NCBI GenBank assembly: GCA_963770565.1
Contig: CAVYQE010000011.1
Location: 128,001-192,000 of the forward strand
From: an uncultured Actinomycetota bacterium
Lineage (GTDB): Bacteria; Actinomycetota; Actinomycetes; JAFAQI01
Reading direction: 5' to 3'
DNA length: 64,000 bases
Positions 29,454 to 38,646 of the stretch are shown one piece after another (positions within the stretch are counted from its first letter, which is position 1; each line of letters starts with the position of its first letter). Both the position numbers and the translations under genes were made by a program. The notes beneath the pieces were generated by a model that made no database searches, was not told where the DNA came from, and worked only from the letters and a program-made list of their open reading frames with translations.

Positions 29454-30353
29454 ATGAGACGCACTGCAACCGTTGTGTTGGTTGGCCTCGCGACGCTGGG
29501 CGCAACGGCCGTTGCCGGTCCGGCGACGGCGCATCCGGCTGCCAAGCCGCAACCGAAGCCGACCGGTACGATCTTCTTCTTCCGCGAGAATGCGGGCCAG
29601 GACGGCCAGAACGCCTACTCGATGACCGCCACCGGGAAGAAGGTGCACAAGGTGCCGCACATCGGCGCGGACTTCCCGGCGCTGCCGGCGCCGAAGGCGC
29701 ACGAGATCGTTACGACGGTGCAGCCCGCGCAGTTCGTGCGCTCCATCGGTGTCTCCACCTATGCCGGCAAGGTCAAGCACGTCTACAAGTCCAAGACCCT
29801 CACACAGGTAGCGTCCGTGTCGCCGAACGGGAAGTACCTCGGCGCCGAGATCATCCACGGCGCAGGAGCCGCGTTCGCGATTACCACGATCAAGGGTAAG
29901 AACCCGAAGATCCTCTTCAGCTGGACCAACGTCCCGCCGAACGTGGCCGAAAGCTGGAACCCGACCAGCACGCAGGTCGCCGTGGTCGACACCAATCCGA
30001 ACACGAACAAGTCGACCCTGAAGATCTACAACCTGAAGGGCAAGGTCGTGCGCACCCTGCTCACCGGGGCTTCGCTCAGCGGGGGTTTGAGCTGGTCGGC
30101 CTCCGGCGTGTTGGCCTACACGACCGGCCACGAGATCGCGGAGATCAGGGCGACCGGGGGCAACCAGCACCTGCTCATCGATCTGGGGGCGAATTATCCC
30201 TACGGGGTCTCGTACTCGCCCAATGGTGCCTTCCTTGCCTACGGCGTCGATGTCGTGTCGACGCCCGACACGTTCCAGGTATGGCGCGCGACCGCGGCCG
30301 GCGGATCGCGGGTGGAGATCAACGGCAAGGGGTCGCAGCCGCACTGGGGCTGA
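29454..30353 (+). CDS. Secreted TolB/PD40-like beta-propeller protein
   Basis: Signal peptide ending ATA-H; SPNGKYL, SWNP, SWS and YSPNG repeats; ends PHWG. Confidence 0.65.
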   Translation: MRRTATVVLVGLATLGATAVAGPATAHPAAKPQPKPTGTIFFFRENAGQDGQNAYSMTATGKKVHKVPHIGADFPALPAPKAHEIVTTVQPAQFVRSIGVSTYAGKVKHVYKSKTLTQVASVSPNGKYLGAEIIHGAGAAFAITTIKGKNPKILFSWTNVPPNVAESWNPTSTQVAVVDTNPNTNKSTLKIYNLKGKVVRTLLTGASLSGGLSWSASGVLAYTTGHEIAEIRATGGNQHLLIDLGANYPYGVSYSPNGAFLAYGVDVVSTPDTFQVWRATAAGGSRVEINGKGSQPHWG

Positions 30354-30447
30354 GCCTGCGTGGTTCGGATGAGAATTCGACTGTGGGGCAAGTATTCTCA
30401 GTCGCTTAATTGAGTAGTCTCATTCGAAACCGGCGCTCGGAGCGTTG

Positions 30448-31998
30448 ATGGCGACCTTTACGTTCACACAGCTTGCGCCGGCGTCCTTCCTCGACCGCTC
30501 GGCTGCGGTCTTTCGCGATCGGGTTGCGGTGGTCGACGGCAGCCGCCGGCTGACCTACGCCGAGCTGGGAGACCGGTCACACCGGCTGGCCGGCGCGTTG
30601 GCCGGGCTCGGGGTGCGCGCGGGCGACCGCGTGGCCGCATTGTGTGCGAACAGTCACGTCATGCTGGAGCTGCATCACGGCGTGCCGTTCGCGGGCGCGG
30701 TGTTCGTGCCGATGAACGTCCGGCTGTCCGAGGACGAGCACGCCTACATCGTTGAGCACTCCGGCAGCGAGGTTCTCGTTGTGACGGCGGGCTTTGCCGA
30801 GCGGGCGGCCGCACTGGCCGTCCGCAACCCTCGGCTTCGGGTGGTGGTCGCCGGCGACGAGTACGAAGCACTGCTGTCGGCGGCGGAGCCACTGACCGTG
30901 CCGCTGGAGGATGAGCGGTCGCTGCTGGCGATCAACTACACGAGCGGCACGACCGGTCGCCCGAAGGGGGTGATGTACCACCATCGGGGCGCTTATCTTC
31001 AGGCCCTGGCGACGGCGTTCCACGCGCGTTTGACGCCGGCCAGCCGATACCTGTGGACCCTGCCGATGTTTCACTGCGACGGCTGGTGCTTCACCTGGGC
31101 CGTCACTGCGGCCGGTGCGACCCATGTGTGCCTCGGTGCTTTCGACGGCGACGTCGCCTGGCGACTGATTCGCGGCGAGGGGGTCACGCACCTCAGCGGG
31201 GCGCCGGCGGTGTTGACGATGATGGCCGCCGCCGCCGAAGCCGGTCCTGGCGCGCCGACCCCGGTGCGGGTCGACACCGGGGGCGCGCCGCCCTCGCCGA
31301 CCCTGCTGGCCCGGATGGCGGCGTTGAACTTCGACGTCACCCATCTGTACGGCCTGACCGAGACGTTCGGCCCGATCTGCCTGAACGACTGGCATCCGGA
31401 ATGGGACCGCCTCGACGTGGACGCGCAGGCCCGGCTCAAGGCCCGGCAAGGGGTCGGCAATGTGATCGCCGATCGGCTTCGCGTGGTGACTCCGGCCGGT
31501 GAGGACGTCGTACCTGACGGGTCGACGGCCGGCGAGATCGTCTGCCGTGGAAATGACGTGATGCTGGGCTACTACCGCGACGACGAGGCGACCGCGGCGG
31601 CCGAGCTCGATGGCTGGTTCCGCACCGGAGACCTCGCGGTCGTGCATCCGGACGGCTATATCGAGATCACCGACCGCAGCAAGGACATCATCATCTCGGG
31701 CGGCGAGAACATCTCCTCGGTCGAGGTGGAGCGCGTCCTCGACGCGCACGCGGCCGTGCTCGAGTCCGCGGTTGTCGGGCGACCGCACGAACTATGGGGC
31801 GAGACCCCGGTGGCGTTCGTCACCCTGCGGTCCGGCGCCACCGCGACGGAGCAGGACATCATCAGTCATGTGCGCGACCGGCTGGCCCACTTCAAGGCAC
31901 CAAAGCAGATCGTGTTCACGGAACTGCCGAAGACCTCCACCGGCAAGATCCAGAAGAGCCTCCTTCGTGACCGCCTGAGGCAGGAATCACACCCCTGA
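30448..31998 (+). CDS. Acyl-CoA synthetase (AMP-binding enzyme)
   Basis: YTSGTTGRPKG, YGLTE, FRTGD, SGGENISSVEVE and PKTSTGKIQK. Confidence 0.93.
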   Translation: MATFTFTQLAPASFLDRSAAVFRDRVAVVDGSRRLTYAELGDRSHRLAGALAGLGVRAGDRVAALCANSHVMLELHHGVPFAGAVFVPMNVRLSEDEHAYIVEHSGSEVLVVTAGFAERAAALAVRNPRLRVVVAGDEYEALLSAAEPLTVPLEDERSLLAINYTSGTTGRPKGVMYHHRGAYLQALATAFHARLTPASRYLWTLPMFHCDGWCFTWAVTAAGATHVCLGAFDGDVAWRLIRGEGVTHLSGAPAVLTMMAAAAEAGPGAPTPVRVDTGGAPPSPTLLARMAALNFDVTHLYGLTETFGPICLNDWHPEWDRLDVDAQARLKARQGVGNVIADRLRVVTPAGEDVVPDGSTAGEIVCRGNDVMLGYYRDDEATAAAELDGWFRTGDLAVVHPDGYIEITDRSKDIIISGGENISSVEVERVLDAHAAVLESAVVGRPHELWGETPVAFVTLRSGATATEQDIISHVRDRLAHFKAPKQIVFTELPKTSTGKIQKSLLRDRLRQESHP

Positions 31999-32127
31999 CC
32001 TGTTGCGGCGGTGAGAAGATAGCGGCCGAGATCGGCCGCCTAACTCCAAGCCTGGCCCGACCGGAGCTGACGCAAGTGAACAGGTAGGCACCTAGATTCG
32101 CAGGCAGAAGATTGGTCTGGGTTGTGT

Positions 32128-32260
32128 GACAACCGGATGACGGTCTCGGTCCGTTGAGACGTATGGGGATGACGAGGCCAGATGAGGCGGAGTTTCGCGC
32201 CGACGTCGCGTCGCGTCAGGCCATGCTTCGGCGCACTGCGTTCCTGATGTGTGGCGCTGG
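32128..32260 (+). pseudogene. Remnant of a SigE-family ECF sigma factor gene with an ECF-type promoter
   Basis: MTRPDEAEFRADVASRQAMLRRTAFLMCG, after which similarity is lost. GACAAC-N18-CGTT lies just upstream. Confidence 0.55.
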
Positions 32261-32379
32261 AGCTGCGCGACCGCGAACACGTCCTGTCGCGTCAAAGTGC
32301 TTCGGGCGTGACAACGAGGGTTGCGATTCTGCTGCCGCTTGCTCGAGCGGACCGGAGGATTCTCGTTGCCGACGAACCG

Positions 32380-32577
32380 AGCCGCGAGGGTCTTGTCGTT
32401 CCACTTCTGCTGACGCCGCCTGGCCAGATGCTCGCTGAGCGACGCCAAGACATCTGCTTTCATAACGTGGCGATCGCGGTCCGCGACGAGGAACTCGCGG
32501 AAGTAGTTGAGCGCATCGGCTGACTCTGCATGCCACTCCTCGGTATCGGCCTCGACGTGTGGCGGCGGCGGAAGCAT
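32380..32577 (-). pseudogene. Fragment resembling the C-terminus of a phage/plasmid P4/D5 primase
   Basis: PPHVEADTEEWHAESADALNYFREFL resembles the PxxVxxxTxxYxxxxDxxxxFxxE pattern. No ATPase part is present. Confidence 0.45.
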
Positions 32578-32657
32578 CTTGCGACCGCGTTTGTGCCAGG
32601 CGACCGCAGCACAAGCATCACAAGATAGGCGGCGGCGGAGCGTCGGGGCCGGCTTAG

Positions 32658-32966
32658 GTGACCATCGGGATGGCCGGCGGCGCCGAGGTGATCACCAACA
32701 GCACCGGTTTCACGCTGTATGCCCTGAGCAACTCGACGGAGAAGTCGACGTACTGGTGCACCGCGTCATGCCTGGGCACATCGAAGCCCCTGCTCACCAA
32801 GGGTGCGCCGACGGTCGCCGGGGATGCGATGAGCTCGTTGCTCGGCTCGGTCTCGCGAGCCGGAATCGGCGACCAGGTCACCTACAACGGCTATCCCGTC
32901 TACGCGTACGCCGGTGACTCGTCGGCGAGTCAGGACAACGGCGAAAGCCCGCCGGCCCCCTATTAG
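32658..32966 (+). pseudogene. Truncated Yx(FWY)xxD-repeat lipoprotein (COG4315-like)
   Basis: GFTLYAL..C...C and QVTYNGYPVYAYAGD. Lacks a signal peptide or lipobox. Confidence 0.6.
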
Positions 32967-33155
32967 CCGAACTCCGCCCAGCGCTGGTAGGACCTCACTC
33001 CCGCAGGCGCATTCAACAGACGCTGGCGGCCTCGGGTCCTTGACGAGGAGAGCGTCCGGACCCCCTCCTCGACGCTCTTCTCGTCAAGAATCGGGGCAGT
33101 GCCGTCGTTGCTGCATCGGCCTGACGTCCGGGAGGGGCACGGGTAGCCTGCGCCT

Positions 33156-35270
33156 GTGCGCAAGGTCCTCATCGCCGTTCTGGCCTGCCTCGCGACCGTC
33201 GGACTGAGCCCGGTCGCCGCGCACTCCACACCCCGCAGTGCGCCCAAGCATGCGCTCTCGGTGTCAGGGAACGGCGTCGCGATGTATCCGGCGTTCAGCC
33301 CGTCGGTGCGCCGCTACGCGATCACGACGACCGACAAAACCGCCGGAGCGGTCCGGGTGACTGCGGAGACAACGGCCCGGTCCGGATCGGTATGGATCGA
33401 CGGTCAGCCCGCGGCGGGCGGCACGAAGAGGCTGTCCGGACTGAGTTCGGGTGACGAGATCTCCGTCTTCATCAAGGACTCGTCCGGGACCGCGGTCTAC
33501 TCGCTGATCTACCTGCCGCCCGGCTTCCCGACTCTCGATGTGGTGACGAAGCAGCCCGGTATCGCGCCCGGCTACGTGTTCCTGACGCTGTCCGACTTCA
33601 CCGGAACCACACCCGGCTACGACACGATCGTCGACCGGAACGGCGTACCGATATATGTGCAACAGGAGTCCAGCGTGCCGCTGGACTTCAAGCGACAGTC
33701 CAACGGCGACTACTCCGTCGGGCTCCCGACGACCTTGGCCGGCCGCACCGGCGTGCAAATCATCGACTACAACGACCAGTTCGAACAGGTCGCCGCCTAC
33801 TCAACCGTGAACGGTCTGGTGAACACGGACGGGCACGACTCGATCGTGCTGCCCAACGGCGACCGGTGGTTGCTCGCCACCGAGCCGAACTCCGACACCA
33901 AGAACCTCGACGCAGTCATCCAGGAGCAGAGCCCGACCGGTCAGGTCCTGTTCCAGTGGAGCACCGCGGACCACGTCGACCCGGCGCTCGACAGCGTGCA
34001 GAACGGGCCCGACTACGCGCACATCAACTCGATCTGGCTGATGAAGAACGGAGACATCCTGGCGTCGTTCCGCCACCTGAGCCAGGTCATGGAGATCGCG
34101 ACGCACGCGCACGGTGGGTACCAGCCGGGCGACATCGTCTGGTCGCTCGGTGGCAAGCGTCCGACGCTCCAGACGGTCGGCGATCCGCACGGCGGTCCCT
34201 GCGCTCAGCACGCCGCGAGCCAGCTGCCCAACGGCGACATCCTGATGTACGACGACGGCTCCGAGTCGATCAATGGGTCTCCGCTGCTGTGCGTCAACCC
34301 CCACGACCGCACTGGCCCGTCGATCGCACGCCCACAGACCCGCATCGTCGAGTACTCGATCAATCAGACGGACCACACCGCGACAAAGGTATGGTCGTTC
34401 CAGATCGACAACCGCGACACAGTGTTCGCCGGGTCGGCACAGCGGCTGTCGAACGGCGACACGATGATCGGCTGGGCCTCCAACACCCAGGCCCTGGCGA
34501 CCGAGGTCACGCCGTCCAAGAAGGTGGTCTGGGAGCTAAAGGACACCGCCGGGTTGTTCAGCTACCGATCGCTGAAGTTCGCCGCGCCTGACAAGATTGC
34601 GCCTGCCGTCGACCTGACCACGCCGGCCAAGGACGCGACGTACACCTACGGCGAGAAGGTCCACAGCGAGTTCATCTGCACGGACCGCGGAGGATCGAGC
34701 TTGCACTCGTGCGCGGGCTCGACGCGGGAAGGCGCGTCGCTGGACACCTCGGCGTCAGGCACGCACACGTTCACGGTCAGGGCGAAGGACGGCGCTGGCA
34801 ACACGACGACGGTCAAGCGGACCTACCACGTGGTCGGCTCGCCGTACCGTCCAGACGCCCTGATCAGGACCGCGAGTGGCCACTACGTCGGCGCAAAGAT
34901 CTATGACGCGCTCGGCATGCAGACGATCCGACAGTCGATCTCTTCCGCGACCGGCTCGGCGACCGCAGTTGTCAGGCTTCGCAATCGTGGTGCGAAAACG
35001 GACCGGCTGACGGTGCGGGGGAGTGCGGGCACGTCGACGTTCCACGTGCGCTACTTCGAGGGGCACCGGGACGTCACGACGTCGGTGGTCGCCGGGACCT
35101 TCCGGACGCCGGCTCTTGCAGCCGGTGCCGCGCTGTCGTTGCGGCTCGAGATCACGCGGACGACCCGCTCCAGGGCCGGCAACCACCACAGGTTCGCGAT
35201 CTCGGCGACCTCGACCCACGACAGCGGCATGAACGACGCCGTTGCGACTGTCGTTCGCGCACAGCACTGA
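33156..35270 (+). CDS. Secreted aryl-sulfate sulfotransferase-like protein with accessory beta-sandwich domains
   Basis: Signal peptide; PAFSPSVRRYAI cadherin-like start; DGHD, DYAHINSI, SFRHLS, AQHAA, GSAQRLSNG and YRS. Confidence 0.8.
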   Translation: MRKVLIAVLACLATVGLSPVAAHSTPRSAPKHALSVSGNGVAMYPAFSPSVRRYAITTTDKTAGAVRVTAETTARSGSVWIDGQPAAGGTKRLSGLSSGDEISVFIKDSSGTAVYSLIYLPPGFPTLDVVTKQPGIAPGYVFLTLSDFTGTTPGYDTIVDRNGVPIYVQQESSVPLDFKRQSNGDYSVGLPTTLAGRTGVQIIDYNDQFEQVAAYSTVNGLVNTDGHDSIVLPNGDRWLLATEPNSDTKNLDAVIQEQSPTGQVLFQWSTADHVDPALDSVQNGPDYAHINSIWLMKNGDILASFRHLSQVMEIATHAHGGYQPGDIVWSLGGKRPTLQTVGDPHGGPCAQHAASQLPNGDILMYDDGSESINGSPLLCVNPHDRTGPSIARPQTRIVEYSINQTDHTATKVWSFQIDNRDTVFAGSAQRLSNGDTMIGWASNTQALATEVTPSKKVVWELKDTAGLFSYRSLKFAAPDKIAPAVDLTTPAKDATYTYGEKVHSEFICTDRGGSSLHSCAGSTREGASLDTSASGTHTFTVRAKDGAGNTTTVKRTYHVVGSPYRPDALIRTASGHYVGAKIYDALGMQTIRQSISSATGSATAVVRLRNRGAKTDRLTVRGSAGTSTFHVRYFEGHRDVTTSVVAGTFRTPALAAGAALSLRLEITRTTRSRAGNHHRFAISATSTHDSGMNDAVATVVRAQH

Positions 35271-35383
35271 CCGGGCCGCGCCTGGCCCACCCGCTCAGAT
35301 GCGGGCGCCCACCGGCAGCGTGACCTCAGCTCGGGTCCTGCGCTTAGCGTCGAGCGGCTCAGAGGGTGCGTAAGCAGCACCTC

Positions 35384-35500
35384 GCCGGGGACCAACGCGG
35401 CGAGCAACGCGTGCAGTCGACCGACCGCTTGGGTCCGCAGCGCGGTCATGTCCTGCTGACGATCGGCGAGCAACCGCACTACCATCACGTGGTCCTCAGT
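35384..35500 (-). mobile_element. IS110-family transposase fragment
   Basis: EDHVMVVRLLADRQQDMTALRTQAVGRLHALLAALVPG matches the IS110 coiled-coil segment. The rest of the gene is absent. Confidence 0.6.
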
Positions 35501-35847
35501 GTCGGGAACCCGCCAACCGAGCACGGCCGTGAGGGGCGGTCAGTGATCGCGAAGACCCACTCGTGGAACCCGTCGACGAGCGGAATCTGCCGATCGACGA
35601 CCAGGGACACGCCGCTCGACGTGGATGCCGACACGGGCGACGGTGAAGCGAGCGAGGAAGGTGTTCGCCCGGTCGGCCGCACGACTCGAGCTAGAACCCG
35701 GGTCGCAGCCCGCTAGCCCGACAACGAGGACGGCGCCGACGACCAAACCCACCCTCATGGAAGTAAGACGCCGCCACAGGAGGTGCGGTTGGCGCACCCC
35801 GAGTCGATGACAACCCGGCGCCGGTAGCAGTACTTCGGTTCGGTCGA

Positions 35848-36123
35848 TCAGGGTGCCTGGTGATTGCGCGCTGCCCTCGGCGGGGCGAGCCCACGCGCTC
35901 GACGTGACGCACGGTCGACGAGGAACAGAACTCCAAAGACGATCACAGCCACGACAAGCGCGACAACGAGTCCCTCCGCCCAGTGGTGAGTGGTGTGCGC
36001 GGTCAGCGGCTCGCTGTTTGAGGACCTGATGGGCGAACTGTAGTCACCATTGAAGGGATGCCGTGCAGCAACGAAGCCGCACGCCAGACCCATGACTATC
36101 GCGGCGACACCCCGGACTGCCAC
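35848..36123 (-). CDS. Small two-TM hypothetical protein
   Basis: Two hydrophobic segments; no family recognised. Confidence 0.4.
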   Translation of the reverse strand: MAVRGVAAIVMGLACGFVAARHPFNGDYSSPIRSSNSEPLTAHTTHHWAEGLVVALVVAVIVFGVLFLVDRASRRARGLAPPRAARNHQAP

Positions 36124-36557
36124 GCGACGCGATTAAGCCACGTCCGGACGATACGCCGCGACAGAGGCCGGACCAACGCGCTGACCCGGACCGAACGGCA
36201 CGTACGCGCGCTTCCCTGATCTTCGTGTTCGCGACCACTTCTACGGCGTGTCGAGCGAAAACCGGTAACGAAGGCGAAGATTAGCGGCGGACGGAACGGT
36301 AGCCGGTTCTGTTCGGTCGCGATGGGCAGTTCCGCGGGTTGGCGCGGTGCGGTGGGTTGTTGCCCGTGGCAGCGGCGACTACTTGAGTCGCCTTGACGTG
36401 CACCTGCGGATCGCAGTTCGGCGTCTGATGGTCAGGGCTGACGGCACCTTCCTCGTCCATGCAGAGGCAAAAAGTGGCGCCGATTGGATGTCGAGATCCG
36501 CTGACCACGGCTGAAGGTCTCGATACCGTCAGATCGGTACTGCCCGCTGAAAAAGGA

Positions 36558-36998
36558 ATGAGGGGTCCTGACGTGAATGCCCGGATGATCGTGCCCGTGA
36601 CCGGTGTCGTTGTCACGACCACTCTGGCGACGCTCGCCGGGCCGGCATCTGGGTCCGTCCCAGCGGGCCGTCCGGCTGGGTCGCACCCGTTGCGAGTCAA
36701 GGTCGAGTCGCTCTACCGGCCCTGCCACAAGAATTGGCTGGTCGGCACGTTCAAGGTGTCTGGTCTTCACAAGGGTCAGGATCAGATCGATGCCACCACC
36801 GCATCATCCGCAGTGCTGCTCCATACCTTTACCGCCCGTAAGTCGACGGTCACGCTGAGGAAGATCGCGCTGAAATACCAGTTCCCGAAGGGCGAACCGA
36901 CCCCGAGCGGGAACCTGAACGTCTACGTCGTTCAGGTCAAGGGCAGGCGTCAACCGAGCGCTGTCGTGCCGGTGACGGTGACCGGCTGCAAGAAGTAG
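36558..36998 (+). CDS. Secreted hypothetical protein
   Basis: Signal-like N-terminus and a basic beta-rich domain with a Cys pair. Start uncertain (36558 or 36573). Confidence 0.55.
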   Translation: MRGPDVNARMIVPVTGVVVTTTLATLAGPASGSVPAGRPAGSHPLRVKVESLYRPCHKNWLVGTFKVSGLHKGQDQIDATTASSAVLLHTFTARKSTVTLRKIALKYQFPKGEPTPSGNLNVYVVQVKGRRQPSAVVPVTVTGCKK

Positions 36999-37107
36999 CC
37001 CGAGTCACCAACATCCAGCACCGGCAGCGCGACCCGTTGACCAGGCTTTCGGCACCGCCCGGGCCCCCCGCTTGTTCGTGCCGGTCGGCGGCTCGTAGAT
37101 TACGGCG

Positions 37108-38646
37108 GTGCCGTCCGGTGATGAGTTCGACTGGCATCCCGAGCCGGATCTCATCGACTTCCACGATCCCGCCAGCCGCGTGGCGCTGGAACAGCTCGGC
37201 GACGACACCTGGTCGGTCGCGATGGACTACCTGTATGACCACGCGTTCGTCCGCCCGGTCGGGCCGCTGACCTATCCCGAGCTCCGCCAGGCCTACTTCG
37301 GGGCGAGCGGGTTGCCGGGTCCGGCGCCGGCCGAGCCGTCGACCGCAGCCGAGGTTCTGCAGGACATCCGCGACCGGATGCTGCCCTACGCCTACAACGC
37401 CCATCACCTGCGGTCGTTCAGCTACTTCACCACCCCGCCACTTCCGATCTCTGCGGCCGGCGACGCGCTCGCGGCCTGGCTGCACCAGAGCGTCGATGTC
37501 TTTCACGCCGGGCCGATCGGCACCCTGGTCGAGGAGGAGGTCGCGACCTGGCTTCGTGACCTGGTCGGGGTCGGGTCGGACGGCTGGGCCGTGCTCACCT
37601 CCGGCGGCGTGATGGCCAACCTGATGGCGATGACGGTGATGCGCGACATCGCACTCACCGAACGGCTCCGCGCGGCCGCGCCGCCGCGCGGCGGGCAGCT
37701 CGAAGGGGTCCGGGTCTACTGCTCGGACCAGGCGCACTTCTCGATCCGACGGGCGCTCGACCTGCTCGGCTTTCCGGTCGAGACATTGCGGGTCATCGAG
37801 AGTGACGACGGCTTCCGGCTGCCGCCGGCCGCGGTTGCCGACGCGGTCACGGCGGACCGCGCGGCTGGCTTGCTCCCGCTCGGGCTGTGCGCGGTCAGCG
37901 GCACGACCAACACCGGCACGGTCGACCCGGTGCCCGACCTCGCCGACCTCGCTGATCGCGAAAAGCTGTGGTTCCACGTCGATGCGGCGTACGGCGGGGC
38001 GGCGTTGCTGTCCGCTCGCGACGCCGGCCGGGTCCCGGGGTTGGATCGCGCCGACTCGGTGACGATCGATCCGCACAAGTGGTTCTTCCAGGCCTATGAC
38101 ATCGGTGCGCTCGTCGTGCGCCGGCGCGAGGACCTGCATCGGACTTTCGTGCGGCGGCCCGAGTATTACCGCTCGACCCGGCCGCAGGACGAGGCAATCA
38201 GCTGGATGGAGTTCTCGGTCGAGGGAACAAGGCGGTTCCGCGCACTGAAGTTGTGGATGTCGTGGCGGCACCTCGGCGGCCGCGGATTGGGTCGCCTGGT
38301 CGAACGGACGAACGACCTCGCCGCGGCGCTGAGCGCAATGCTCCGCGACAGCGACGACTTCGAGCTGGTGGTGGATCAGCCCGACCTGTCGATCGTGTGC
38401 TTCCGGCACCGGCCGGCCGGCGTCGACGATCCGGTCGCGGTCGACGCGCACCAGGACGCGCTCCAACGGGCGTTGGAGGAGTCCGGTCAGGCCTGGGTGT
38501 CGACGACCCGGCTGCGGGGGCGGACCTGGTTGCGCGCAGGCGTGGTCAACCACATGTCGACGACCGAGGATCTCGCCGCGCTGCTCGGCTCACTTCGCAC
38601 GCTGGCTGCGCACGCGGACGAGGGTCCGTCGGCTACGTCACCTTGA
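37108..38646 (+). CDS. Group II PLP-dependent decarboxylase
   Basis: TSGGVMAN, AHFSI, GTTNTGTVD, HVDAAYGG and DSVTIDPHKW. Confidence 0.9.
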   Translation: MPSGDEFDWHPEPDLIDFHDPASRVALEQLGDDTWSVAMDYLYDHAFVRPVGPLTYPELRQAYFGASGLPGPAPAEPSTAAEVLQDIRDRMLPYAYNAHHLRSFSYFTTPPLPISAAGDALAAWLHQSVDVFHAGPIGTLVEEEVATWLRDLVGVGSDGWAVLTSGGVMANLMAMTVMRDIALTERLRAAAPPRGGQLEGVRVYCSDQAHFSIRRALDLLGFPVETLRVIESDDGFRLPPAAVADAVTADRAAGLLPLGLCAVSGTTNTGTVDPVPDLADLADREKLWFHVDAAYGGAALLSARDAGRVPGLDRADSVTIDPHKWFFQAYDIGALVVRRREDLHRTFVRRPEYYRSTRPQDEAISWMEFSVEGTRRFRALKLWMSWRHLGGRGLGRLVERTNDLAAALSAMLRDSDDFELVVDQPDLSIVCFRHRPAGVDDPVAVDAHQDALQRALEESGQAWVSTTRLRGRTWLRAGVVNHMSTTEDLAALLGSLRTLAAHADEGPSATSP

